Program-made: the position numbers and the translations under genes
Notes under the pieces: model-generated
What the model saw: the letters and a program-made list of their open reading frames with translations, nothing else
The model's database searches: none
Told to the model about the DNA's origin: nothing
Shown here: positions 33,986 through 46,977 of the stretch, one piece after another
Numbering within the stretch: the first letter of the stretch is position 1
Layout of the letters: every line of letters starts with the position of its first letter
Origin: Leucoraja erinacea
Taxonomy: Eukaryota
Length of the DNA stretch: 64,000 nt
Assembly (NCBI RefSeq): GCF_028641065.1
Contig: NC_073385.1
Coordinates: 46,810,001-46,874,000, forward strand
Reading direction: 5' to 3'

Positions 33986-36004
33986 TCATATCTTTAACTG
34001 TTCTAGATAAACTATCAATACCAAGATATGCTTGTTGGGTTAATTCCCCTTCCCTTTTTTCCTGAAGAGTGCTGTAACATCTGTATCCTTCCAGTTGTCT
34101 AGTTGTCTTCCATTTAAGGAGAGGATATTTGGCCCATTTTGTGAAAGATGCTAGATACTCGCCAGAATAAACCTTCATGCAAACTATTTATCTCCCATGT
34201 TTTTACTGGAAGTCTCTTCTGCAATTTCATAATTCTTTCCTGAAGCAAAGCTTATTTGAATGTATCCTTTAAAAAAAGAAAATAAGCTTAGATGGATATC
34301 CAGCTCTTGAACAATCTTCGCCATAGTTCTGCAAGTATTTATCGGTTACAGAGGAGAAATACTTTTTTGACCTCACTTATCTCCTATTTCTCCACACAGT
34401 GTGTTCAAACTAGTGGATCGGACTTTAATACTGGCAGTTCTGACACCAATGTTTGGTAGCTATAACGATTTGCAAAATCAATGCATCAGCCATATCAAAT
34501 GCCCTTTTCATTACCTTTTCAGGGATTTATGAGAATGACTATGAACTTGCACCTCAAAAGTTTCTTTGTACATCAATACTTCTCAGCTCCCTGACATTTA
34601 CTCTATGCCCTATGAGAATTTGTCATCCCAAAGTGAATTATCTTACTTTTGAGATGTAATTACCTTAAATTCCATCTCCTGTGCTCTGCCCAACTATCCA
34701 GCTGAGCTATGAGATGCTGTTATCTGCAACCCAGAGAGTTGTGAATTTGTGGAATTCTCTGCCACAGAAGGTAGTAGAGGCCAATTTACTGGATGAATTT
34801 AAAAGAGAGTTAGATAGAGCTCTAGGGGATAGCAGAATCGAGGGATACTGATTGTGAGAAGGCAGGCATCGGTTGCTGATTGTGGATGATCAGCCATTAT
34901 CACAATAAATTGTGGCTTAATCTCGAAACTCGCCTATCGTGTTGGTCCTTATCGAAAGTATCACAAAAGTAGATAAACCGTCTACAGGGATGCCTTCCTT
35001 CATTTCCTTCATGTTAGCTGAGAGCTTGTTTTTATGTGACTTCCAACATCTTCAGTTTTTGGAATTTGAAGTCCTCTTTATTTTCTTCCATCCTTAAAAG
35101 TTTCATCAGTATTTCCTACTTTGCCATTTCATTAATTTTGTATTCAGACATCCACTGCACCTTTCGTTCCAAAAGCTTCAATTTTGCTAATATCTATTAA
35201 TATTGAGGTTTAATCAAATGCTAAAACTGCACTGTCCTCCACGCTCTCTATTGCCTTGTTTAATCACACAAGTAATTTGAAAGCATCAAATAGGTCAGGA
35301 ACCTTAGATTTGTCACATTCAAACGTTGTTTTTACTTGTCAGCTTGCTCTTGTTAACACTGACTGCTCTCAAGCCACTTCCATTGACTGCCCCAAATTCC
35401 TCCGTCCTCCTGTCTTTCTCCTCGGTAAATACAGAGGAGAAATACTCATTGAGGACCTCTAGTTATCTCCTATGGCTCCACACAGTGTGTGGTGAGCACA
35501 TCGGAATTTAATACTGCAAGTGTGATCTGACCAATGTTTGGTAGCTTGGCAATGGTGATTTTCCAATATGTCAATGCATCAGCCACGTGATGTCAAATGC
35601 CTTTTTCATTACCTTTTCAGGGATTTTGACAATGGTTTGCATTGCATCCATGCAGTGCAGATGGAAAAGTTTCTTTGTACATCAACATGGGTCAGCTCCC
35701 TGACATTTACTCTATGCCCTGGTGAGTAATTTGTCATTCCAAAGTAGATAGAGTACTTTTGAGATGTAATTAGGCCCTTAAAGCCCATCTCCTCTGCTCT
35801 GCCCAAACTATCCAGCTGAGCTATGAGATGCTGTTATCTGCAACTCTGCCAATTTTCATGTCATCTACAAACTTATTAATTAGATCACTTAATTAATAAA
35901 ACATCAGCACTTCCAGCAATGATCCGTGGTTTGCCATTTGATATAGGCTTCCTCAGAACAATACCTCTTCCTTCTATCCTTACGCCAATTTGCTAACACA
36001 TGGC

Positions 36005-37303
36005 TGGGATAGCAGCACATTTGGAAAGTGGTGAAATCATTGGACAAAGTCAGCATGGATTTACGAAAGGTAAATCATGTCTGACGAATCTTATAGAATT
36101 TTTCGAGGATGTAACTAGTAGCGTGGATAGGGGAGAACCAGTGGATGTGGTGTATCTGGACTTCCAGAAGGTTTTTCGAACAAGAAGTCCCACATAAAAA
36201 TTTTATTCCATCCTTAAAGCACAAGGCATGGGGGTATTCAGTACTTTGTGGATAGATTAATTTTGCTGGCAAACATCCAAGCAAAGAGTTAGGAAAAGCT
36301 TCAATTTTCTAATGGCAGGCAGTAATATTGGGTTTAATCCAATGCTAAAAGTACTGGGACCCCGCTCTTTATTACCTTATTTAATCACACAAGTAATTTG
36401 AAAGAATCAAATAGGTCAGGAGGATATCTCCCTTGCGGATGGCACTAAGCTGGGGGGCAGTGTTGGCTGAGAGGAGGATGCTAGGAGACTGCAAGATGAC
36501 TTGGATAGGCTGGGTGAGTGGGCAAATGTTTGGCAGATGCAGGATAATGTGGATAAATGTGAGGTTTTCCATTTTCCGCAAATTCTACAACAAGAGACTA
36601 AGACTAAAGAAGAACCAGATTGGAAATGTGGGAGATGCAGACGGACCTTTGTGTCATGGTATTACCACATTGAAGGTAGGCATTATTCAGCAGGCAGTAA
36701 TGGAAGTGATATTGCTTTCATTGCAAAAGGATTTGAGTCTCCACTTGAGAGTTCTACTGCATTTTGTACAGGGTCTTGGGAAACCACTCTTTATGACATT
36801 TTTGGTCTCCAAATTGGAGGAATACTTTGGCAATGGTGAGGGAGTGCAGATATGCCCACCAGACTTCTTCCTGGGATGTCAGACTGTCTTATGAAGAAAG
36901 ACTGTTGTACTGCATTTTGACAATCTTTGCATTTGATTGAGATCCATGCAGTGTAGAGGTGGAATGGATAGATGCAGGAAGGAACAAAATGGGTGGAATC
37001 ACGGACATGTCAAGCCTCACAGTTTTGTTAAGGGGTACTCCTTAATTCCGAGATGAGATAGACTTTTTTACGCAGGATGGTGAATCTCTGGAACTCTCTG
37101 CCACAGAGGGTAGTTGAGGCCACTTCATTGGCTATATTTAAGAGGGAGTTAGATGTGGCCCTTGTGGCTAAGGGGATCAGGGGGTATGGAGAGAAGGCAG
37201 GGATGGGATACTGAGTTGGATGATCAGCCATGATCATATTGAATGGCGGTGCAGGCTCGAAGGGCCGAATGGCCTACTCCTGCACCTAATTTCTATGTTT
37301 CTA
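36005..37303 (+). mobile_element. CR1 LINE 3' part; middle section garbled with non-LINE sequence
   Basis: Clean at both ends ([23 protein letters not shown]; 3' UTR and ctatgttt tail), mosaic between about 36170 and 37070. Confidence 0.8.
36508..36643 (+). other. RYR3: Garbled remnant of the expected RYR3 S5 exon
   Basis: ttccgcaaattctacaacaagag (FRKFYNK) at 36574 and gaagaaccagat..aaatgtg (EEPD.KC) sit inside CR1 sequence, in the interval where the otherwise missing exon must lie. Boundaries are inferred from the expected 135-nt length. Confidence 0.7.
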
Positions 37304-37457
37304 TGTCTGGTTACATAGAATTTATTGGGTACAAGCAATACAACTTCTCACTTAAGAGTTCATTTTAAGACTAACGGAATGCAGCAGACCGCGACGCTAA
37401 CAAGCTAGTGGGCGTACTTACAAATGCATGACTCATAGCATGAGCCACTAATCTACA
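37304..37457 (-). repeat. Putative 3' LTR (about 154 bp) of the Gypsy element
   Basis: Minus strand TGTAG...GACA directly after the polypurine tract aagagggggga; contains AATAAA. Confidence 0.65.
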
Positions 37458-39815
37458 TCCCCCCTCTTAAAGAATCAATAACGATGTATACCCATAACTA
37501 AGCAACACAAATATCACAACCGATGACAGCCTGGTGGAAAGTCAAACATAGTCTGGATACTTCACGACCGGCCTGCAAACATGACCAGCACGTGTTCGAT
37601 AGAGACCATCTCCATTCTTTTTCTCCGGGGAAGGAGCAGGCGATTGCACCGCCATGGGGGAGTGAACCAACACCTCTGGAGTCGAAGCAGGAGACCGTTG
37701 GGCAGGCGAAGATTGAACAGACAGAGGAACTGTCGCAGGCATGGATTGTTGTGCTGGCAAGAGCATGCGAGGGTCACTAGATTCAGATTGAAATGAACTT
37801 GTACGATCCGGATAATGAGGAGGGATTGGCTCATTCACAGGCAGAAGATGTTGTCTGTTGTGTCGATAGGTGCCGCCATCGGCTCTAACAATGTACGAGT
37901 GGGACGAGAAACCACCCCAATATGGTCATGGCCTTTGTCAGTCTGTAAGCGGACCACCTGTCCTTTGGTCAATGGCGGTAGTGGCCTACTCGTCTTGTCG
38001 AACCATTTCTTTTGAACGTCACGTTTCTGTTGCAACCTGTCTTGAACCTCCTTAGGCAGAAAGACATGGGGGACTAATGTTTGCTCTGCTACGGGCAGCA
38101 TGGTACGGGTCTGCCTTGACAATAATCGTTGAGCAGGTGAACCCAAGGCAGGGTCACGGGAAATGTTGAGTAAGTTGAGCAAATCCAGCTATACGTCAGA
38201 TTTAGCCCTGTGAGAACGCTCCATTAGTAGTTCTGCACTTCTGACAGTCCATTAGACTGTGGATATTCAGGGCTGCTGGTGATGTGGTGAAAATTCCAGC
38301 ATTTAGCAAACTCTCTGAATTGTTGGCTGGTGAACTGACAATGGCAGTCAGTTAGCAGCTTGCCTGGAGATCCGTGGACGGAAAAATGACGAGATAATTT
38401 CGAAATCACACCGCTGGAAGTGCGGCTGCTGAGAAAATCAATGTCGAACCATCCTGAATATGAATCCATGAGCACCAGGTACTGCTTGCCATGCCATTCA
38501 AATAAATCAGCTGCCACTGTACACCATGGTAGCGTAGGTACGGGATGTGGCAGAAGTGGTTGCTTTTGTTGATGAGGCGCCAGGTTATTGCACACCGCAC
38601 AAGCTGCCACATTTTCCTTAATGTATTCGGCCATGCCAGTAAAACATGCTTGTCAAATGCTGTCTGTTGTTGCTCATGCCAGGTCCAAGCAGAGTCTTTG
38701 TGTGTGAGATGGTGCAAAGGGGCTGATATTTCGCTGAAATCTGGAATGAATTTGCTCAAATAGTTCGCCATGCCAAGGAACCTCTGTAAGCTGGGCACAT
38801 CCGTGGGTGCTGGAAGCTCATTAATAGCACTGGTTTTCACTGGATCCGTTTTCAGGCCGTCCTTGGTAAAAATATGGCCTAGGTATTATACCTCATTCAC
38901 TGAATCTGCATTTTTTGGGATTGAGTTTGAGAAGGATGGCCTCGGCACACTTCATTACTTTTGTCAGATTGGTATCGTGTTCCTCAATCATTTTTCCAGC
39001 AATGAGGATATCGATGGATCATGGGTATCCATGGATTGTTGAAATACTTCACTGGCAGAACTTATACCAAAAGGCATCCTCAAAAATTCATATAGTCGGA
39101 ACGGAACGGAGTACTGAAAGTTGTCAGCTTGGAGGATTTATGTTCCAGTGGAATCTGCCAGAATGAACTCTTGGTATCTAGCACTGTGAATACAGTTGCT
39201 TCAGCCATCTGCCCCGCAATCTCGTCCACAGAGCACATTGGATATCGTAGTCTCTTAATTGCTGTATTTAAGTCCTTGGGGTTAATACAAATCCGTATCT
39301 CATCTTTATTCTTCTTAGTAGCGACAACCATTGAGGAGACCCAGACACAGTGAGTGTTCAGTTATGAGAGTAATCACACCAAGAGCCACCATTCTGTTAA
39401 ATTCACTTTGTACACGATCTCGCATAGCATGGGGAATTCTGTGAGCCGGACAAACAACTGGGATTGCCTCAGGGTCAATAGTAATCGTGTATCTCACAGG
39501 CAACCTCCCCAACTCGTTGTTAAACAATTCCTTGTGTTAAAATGTGATGTGTAAAATCACAGTCTACAGTCAGTGGGCAGGCTGAAGGAAATTAAACCCA
39601 TGTCATGGCATGCATCGGCACCCAGTATGGATGGTGCCTTCTCGATTACCACGTAGAAGTCCAGGATATGGTCACACGCGTTGAGACGGCAACGTAACTT
39701 TACTTGGCCAATAGGGTGTAGTGGAGCACCGTTAAACGAGATAAGTGATGCAGTCATCTGAGTTAGAGTTTCTATGTTTTGCAGCTGTTGGAAGACAGCC
39801 AGTGAAATTGCGTTG
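37304..39815 (-). mobile_element. Gypsy/Ty3 LTR retrotransposon, degenerate and 5'-truncated
   Basis: Minus-strand fragments in Gypsy order: protease-adjacent, RT (IRICINPKDLN, FTVLDTKSSFWQIPL, LQRFLGMANYL), integrase (CAVC, AADLFEW, SSPEYPQSNGLSE); polypurine tract at 37458-37468. Confidence 0.9.
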
Positions 39816-39962
39816 CAGCCTGCCCAACCTCTCCGTATAGCTCAGGCCCTCAAGTCCTGGCAACATCCTTGTAAATCTTCTCTGTACTCTTTCCAGCTTA
39901 ACATCTTTCCTATAGCAGGGTGACAAAAAAAGAACACTGCTCCAAATGTGACCTCACCAACT
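39816..39962 (-). mobile_element. CR1 fragment
   Basis: SPCYRKDVKLERVQRRFTRMLPGLEGLSYTERLGRL. Confidence 0.8.
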
Positions 39963-40872
39963 TGTAGATGTTGGGAAGGAGTTGGGAAGTCTAAAGTGAG
40001 TTGCACACCGTAGAATATGAACATAAAATATTTGTGTGGCTGATCCAGTTTAAGTTTCCCACCTCTATTCTATTAATGAGTTGTATTACCATATAAGCAG
40101 TGGTAATGCCTAGAATGTTAAGTGCAAGTGGTGTTGAAGATGATCACTGCCTGGAAGATCATTGCTTGCTATTACCAGCCCAAATCTGTCCTTTGCTTGG
40201 GTCTGGATGCACACAGGTGTGGGTACCTTTTTGGCTTGGGAATTGTGAATGCAACTGAACATTATGCTATTATCGCAGAGCTCCTCCCACTTCTGTCGTG
40301 GGTAGACTGACTCTTTCCCCCCCCCCCAAATCTTTGCACATCCTCGTCCTGGATTTTTTCACTCGATACTTTAATTTCATGTCTGGTTGCAGACCAATTT
40401 CCATCCGGGATAAATAAAGTTGTATCTTATCGTGTGGAATATATTTTTCAATGTCCTTCTCTCTCCTCTCCCCAAATGGGGTAAATGTAGTTCCACGTGA
40501 TGGGATATAATTGAACAATCACCCACAGTCTTCCATTATTTTCATTCTCTGTGGTCATCTGCAAAACTCTTTGTATCACCATGCATTAATCACTAGGGGA
40601 AATGTAACACTAGCTCATAAAGTAGGAACACCTGCTGATTTCCACATCGTGCCCCAGAAATGCTGACACCAATTTGGCATGTGAACCATTGCTGCAGCCA
40701 ACAACTATACATATTCAAACAAATGCTTAATGGGCCTTGAGGCAGTGGCACTGATATAAAGAATGACTCATTTTCTGCCGTACCATCTTAATTCAATGCT
40801 TCCTGCCTTTATAACACATTTAAATAGTTGACAACGCAGACAAGATTATGACAATGCTTTCTTTTTTTTCAG

Positions 40873-41029
40873 TGCTATTTGTTCCACATGTATGTGGGCG
40901 TAAGAGCTGGAGGTGGCATTGGAGATGAAATTGAAGATCCTGCTGGTCATCCTTCTGAAATGTACCGAATTATCTTTGACATCACATTCTTCTTCTTCGT
41001 CATTGTCATCCTACTAGCCATTATTCAGG
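40873..41029 (+). CDS. RYR3: RYR3 exon (pore helix, selectivity filter, S6): [52 protein letters not shown](G)
   Basis: tttcag acceptor, gtatgt donor; 157 nt; [10 protein letters not shown] motif. Confidence 0.98.
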
Positions 41030-42608
41030 GTATGTTTTCTTATCATAAGGAAAGTTTGCAATAGAATTTCCTTTTATTATTGGAAATCAAACTAGTGCAG
41101 GAACTTCAACATGAATGGTAGGGCCCTGGGAAGTGTCGTAGAGCAGAGGGATGTGGGAGTTTAGGTACATTGTGCCTTAAGTGGCATAGCAGATAGATAG
41201 TGTGGTCAAGAAAGCGTTGGATACATTGGCCTTCATCAGTCAGAGCATAATTTTATTAATACATAAGGGGCCAAAGGGTAACTAGGGAGAGAGTGAGACT
41301 CCACAGGAATCAAAGCAATCGACTCCGTGTGGTGCCACAGGAGATCAGCAGTCCTCCATAAGTATTTCTCCTCTGTATTTACCTAGAAGACAGACAGGAG
41401 GACAGAGGAACTTGGGGCAGTCAACGGAAGTGTCTTGAGATGGGAGGTGTTTGGGAATAATACAGAAGGTGCACGATCAGTTCATTTCAAAGAAGAAGAA
41501 AGATTCTAAGGGGAGTAAGGGGCGACTGTGGCTGACAAAGGAAGTAAAGGATATATAAAATTAAAATAGAAGTAGAACATAGCAAAGATGAGCAGGAAGC
41601 CAGAGGAATGGGAAACTTTTAAAGAGCAACAGAAGATAACTTAAAAGGCAATACTGTGAGAAAAGACAAGGTACGAAGGTAAACTAGCCAAGTATATAAA
41701 AGAGGATAGTAAAAGCTTCTTTAGGTATGCAAAGAGGAAATAATTAGTTAAGACCAAAGTTGGATCCTTGAAGACTAAAACAGATGAATTTATTATGGGG
41801 AACAAGGAAATGGCAGACGAGTTGAACAGGTACTTTGGACCTGGCTTCACTAAGGAAAACACAAACAATCTACCAGGTGTACTAGTGGCCAGAGGACCTA
41901 GGGTGACGGAGGAACTGAAGGAAATTCACATTTGCAAGGAAATTGTGTTAGGTAGACTGACGGGACTGAAGGCTGATAAATCACCAGGGCCTGATGTTCT
42001 TCATCCCAGGATACTTAAGAAAGTGGCTCTAGAAATCATGGACACATTGGTGATCATTTTCCAATGTTCTATAGATTCAGGTTCAGTTCCTGTGGATGGG
42101 AGCGGTAGCTAATATTATCCCACTTTTTAAGAAAGGTGGGCGAGAGAAAACGGGGAATTATAGACCAGTTAGCCTGACATCGGTGGTGGGGAAGATGCTG
42201 GAGTCAATTCTAAAAGATGAAATAGTGGCACATTTGGATGGCAGTAACAGGATTGGTCTGAATCAGCATAGATTTACAAAGGGGAAATCATGCTCGACTA
42301 ATCTTCTGGAATTTTTTGACGATGTAACTAAGAAAATGGACAAGGGAGAGGCAGTGGATGTAGTGTACCTGGACTTTCAGAAAACCTTTAAGGTCCCATA
42401 TAGGAAATTAGTGGGCAAAGTTAGAGCACATGGCATTTGGGGTAGGGTACTGACATGGATAGAAAATTGGTTGGCACACAGGAAACAAAGAGTGGGAATT
42501 AACGGGTCCCTTTCAAAATTGCAGGCAGTGACTAGTGGGGTACTGCAAGGCTCGGTGCTGGGACTGCAGCTATTCACAATATATATTAATGATTTAGATG
42601 AAAGAATT

Positions 42609-42802
42609 CTTCGTCTTCTTTTCGTGTCCATCTTGTCACAAATGTTGACTTCGCTGTCATCATCAATCCTGAAAAGGACGTAAGCTTCCAGCGACAATCA
42701 TGGAAGCCATCACTTGTCGCAATAGATGATTGTGGTAGCAGAATTAGCTCAGGATACTTTCAGTTTCCAGTCCCACGACTTGGACGCTTCGGCTATGGGG
42801 CC
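42609..42802 (-). mobile_element. Probable tRNA-headed SINE with (GAA)n-like tail
   Basis: Minus 5' end GGCCCCATAGCCGAAGCGTCCAAG; tail gaaaagaagacgaag; imperfect target duplication gatgaaagaatt/gatgaagggatt inside the CR1 RT. Confidence 0.7.
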
Positions 42803-43489
42803 GATGAAGGGATTAAAAGTAACATTAGCATATTTTCAGATGACACAAAGCTGGGTAGCAGTGTGAACTGTGAGGAGGGTGTTATGAGGATGCAGGGTGA
42901 CTTGGACAGATTGGGTGAGTGGGCAGATGCAATTTAATGTGGATACATGTGAGGTTATCCACTTTGGTGGCAAAAACATCAGTCACTGAAAGTAAGCATG
43001 CAGGTACAGCAGGCAGTGAAGAAAGCTAATGGCATGTTGTATTCCTAAGAAGAGGAGTTGAGTATAGGAGCGAACTGGTCCTTCTGTAGTTGTCCAGGGT
43101 GCTGGGAAGACCACACCTGGAGTATTGTGTGCAGTTTTGATCTCCAAATTTGAGGAAGGACATTCTTGCTATTGAGAGAGTGCAGTGTGGGTTCACAAAG
43201 TTAATTCCCGGAATGGCGGGGCTGTCATATGCTGAGAGAATGGAACGACGGGGATTGTATACACCGGAATTTAGAAGGATGAGAGGGTATCTTATTGTAA
43301 CATAAGATTATTAAGGGATTGGGCATGCTACAGGCAGCAAACGTGTTCCCAATGATGGAGGAGCCCAGAACTAGGGGTCACAGTTTAAGAATAAGGGGTA
43401 GGCCATTTAGAATGGAGGTAAATACTTTTTAATCCAGAGAGTTGTGAATCTGTGGAATTCTCTGCCTCAGAAGGCAATGGAGGCCAATT

Positions 43490-45474
43490 AACCATATAAC
43501 AATTACAGCACGGAAACAGGCCATCTCGGCCCTACAAGTCCGTGCCGAACAACTTTTTTCCCTTAGTCCCACCTGCCTGCACTCATACCATAACCCTCCA
43601 TTCCCTTCTCATCCATATGCCTATCCAATTTATTTTTAAATGATACCAACGAACCTGCCGCCACCACTTCCACTGGAAGCTCATTCCACACCATTACCAC
43701 TCTCTGAGTAAAGAAGATCCCCCTCATGTTACCCCTAAACTTCTGTCCCTTAATTCTGAAGTCATGTCCTCTTGTTTGAATCTTCCCTATTCTCAAAGGG
43801 AAAAGCTTGTCCACATCAACTCTGTCTATCCCTCTCATCATTTTAAAGACCTCTATCAAGTCCCCCCTTAACCTTCTGCGCTCCAGAGAATAACGACCTA
43901 ACTTATTCAACCTTTCTCTGTAACTTAGTTGTTGAAACCCAGGCAACATTCTAGTAAATCTCCTCTGTACTCTCTCTATTTTGTTGACATCCTTCCTATA
44001 ATTGGGCGACCAAAATTGTACACCATACTCCAGATTTGGTCTCACCAATGCCTTGTACAATTTTAACATTACATCCCAGCTTCTATACTCAATGCTCTGA
44101 TTTATAAAAGCTAGCATACCAAAAGCTTTCTTTACCACCCTATCTATATGAGATTCCACCTTCAAGGAACTATGCACGGTTATTCCCAGATCCCTCTGTT
44201 CAACTGTATTCTTCAATTCCCTACCATTTACCATGTACGTCCTATTTTGATTTGTCCTGCCAAGGTGTAGCACCTCACATTTATCAGCATTAAACTCCAT
44301 CTGCCATCTTTCAGCCCATTTTTCCAAATGGCCTAAATCACTCTGTAGACTTTGGAAATCCTCTTCATTATCCACAACACCCCCTATCTTGGAATCATCT
44401 GCATACTTACGAATCCAATTTACCACACCTTCATCCAGATAATTGATGTACATGACAAACAACAAAGGAACCAACACAGATCCCTGAGGCACCCCACTAG
44501 TCACCTGCCTCTAACCCGACAAACAGCCATCCACCATTACCCTCTGGCTTCTCCCATTCAGCCACTGTTGAATCCATCTTGCTACTCCTGCATTTATACC
44601 CAACAGTTGAACCTTCTTAACCAACCTTCCATGAGGAACCTTGTCAAAGGCCTTACTAAAGTCCATATAGACAACGACCACTGCTTTACCCTCGTCAATT
44701 TCCCTAGTAACCTCTTCAAAAAATTCAAGAAGATTAGTCAAACATGACCTTCCAGGCACAAATCCATGCTGATTGTTCTTAATCAGACCCTGTTTATCCA
44801 GATGCTTATATATATTATCTCTAAGTATCTGTTCCATTAATTTGCCCACCACTGAAGTCAAACTAACAGGCCTATAATTGCTAGGTTTACTCTTAGAACC
44901 CTTTTTAAACAATGGAACAACATGCACAGTACGCCAATCCTCGGGGACTATTCCCATTTCTAATGACATTTGAAATATTTCTGTCATAGCCCCGTCTATT
45001 TCTACACTAACTTCCCTCAATGCCCTAGGGAATATCCTGTCAGGACCTGGAGACTTATCCACTTTTATATTTTTCAAAAGTGTCAGTACTTCTTTTACTT
45101 TGAAACTCGTAGTATCCATAGCTACTCTACTAGTTTCCCTTACATCACATAATTAAATATCCTTCTCCTTGGTGAATACCGAAGAAAATAAATATTCAAT
45201 ATGTCCCCCATCTCTTTTGGCTCTGCAGATAGCTGTCCACTGTCTCTCCAATGGACCAATGTTATCCCTTGTTATCCTTTTGCTATTAATATAGCTGTAG
45301 AAACCCTTTGGATTTACTTTCACCTTACTTGCCAAAGCAACCTCATGTCTTCTTTTAGCTTTTCTAATTTCTTTCTTAAGATTATTTTTACATTCCTTAT
45401 ACTCCTCAAGCACCTCATTTACTTCATGCTGCCTATAATTATTGTAGATCTCCCTCTTTTTCCGAACAAGATGT
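43490..45474 (-). mobile_element. Young CR1 LINE, 5'-truncated, RT nearly intact
   Basis: ORFs 45153-45413, 44511-45119 and 43563-44504 (YADDSK); target duplication ccaatt at 43484 and 45475. Confidence 0.93.
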
Positions 45475-46977
45475 CCAATTCTCTGGATGCTTTCAAGAGA
45501 GAGTTAGATAGAGCTCTTAAAGATAGCAGAGTCAAGGGATATGGAGAGAAGGCAAGAACGGGGTACTGATTGTGGATGATCAGCCATGATCACAGTGAAT
45601 GGCAGTGCTGGTTCAAAGGGTCGAATGGCCTACTCCTGCACCTATTGTCTATTGAGAGCAGTCAGTGTTACTGTCAAAGAGTTGCTGAAGGTACTATTCA
45701 TTTATGATGGTAGACCAACCTCCAGGACCTGATCATAAATATCCTAGAACATTGTGGGAAACCAGAGAGGAAATTGTGGGAGCCTTGGTTGAAATTTACA
45801 AGTCGTCTTTAAATACAGGAGAGGTGTCGGAATACTGGAGGGTGGCAAATGTTGTGCCTTTATTAAAAATGGGCCGCAGAGAACTATAGGCCAGTGAGCT
45901 TAACATCTGTAGTTGGAAAGTTATTAGAGGGTATTCTGAGGGATATGCAGGCATTCAGACGGACAAGGGCTGATTTGGGATAGTCATCATGGTTTTGTAC
46001 GTGGGAGGTCGGGTGTCACAAATCTGAGTTTTTAGAAGACGTGACCAAAAAGGTTGATGAGGACAAAGCTGGAGATGTTGTATACATGGACTTCAGTAAA
46101 GCATTCGACAAGGTTCCTCATGGTAGGCTGCTCTGGAAGATTAGATCGCATGGGAGCAAGGAGGGATAGCTGAATGGATAGAAGATTGGCTTCATGGAAG
46201 GAAACAGAGGGTGATGGACTGGAGGCCTCTGACTAATGGTGTGCCTGTTACTGTCGTCATCTATATGAATGATTTGGATGAGAACATACACAGCAAGATT
46301 AGCAAGTTTGCAGATGATACAAAAGTGGGTGGTTTTTCAGATAGCGAATATGGTTGTGAAAAATTGCAGCAGGATTTTGATCAATTAGCCAGTACGCTGA
46401 GGAATAGCTGATGGAATTTATTGCAGAAAAATGTGAGGTGTTGCATTTTGGGAAGTCTAACATGGGCGGGACCAATCCAGTGAATGGTAGGGCTCTGGGT
46501 AGTGTTGTAGAGCAGAGGAATGCAGGTGCATAGTTCCCTGAAGGTGGAATCGCAGCTAGATCGGGTGGTCAAAAAGGCTTTTGGCACAATGGCCTTCATC
46601 AGCCAGAGTATTGTGTATAGAAGTTAGGAGGTCATATTGCCATTGTATAAGACGTTGGTGAGGCCACATTTAGAGTATTGTGTTTAGTTCTGGGCACCAT
46701 GTTATAAGAAAGATGCTGTCAAGCTGGAAAGGATGCAGAGAAGATTTACGAGGATGTTGCCAGGACCAGAGGGTCTGAGCTACAGGGAGAGGTTGAGTAG
46801 GCTGGGACTCTATTCCTTGGAGCATAGGAGGATGAGGGGTGATCTTATGGAGGTGTATAAGATCGTGAGAGGAATAGATCGGGTAGATGCACAGAGTCTC
46901 CTGCCCAGAGTAGGTGCATCAAGAACCAGTGGACGTAGGACAAAGGGTGGTGAATGTATGGAACAAGCTGCCAGAGG

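Larger units (their letters stand above)
41441..45651 (+). mobile_element. CR1 LINE inserted in an older CR1
   Basis: Target duplication ttgaga at 41435 and 45652; ORFs 41768-42683 (KSPGPD, NYRPVSLTS, YLDFQK, YINDL). Confidence 0.85.

Noticed and set aside
36433-36894. Apparent LINE-RyR fusion ORF containing FRKFYNK
   Set aside because: Better explained as a mosaic assembly consensus than a real chimeric protein.
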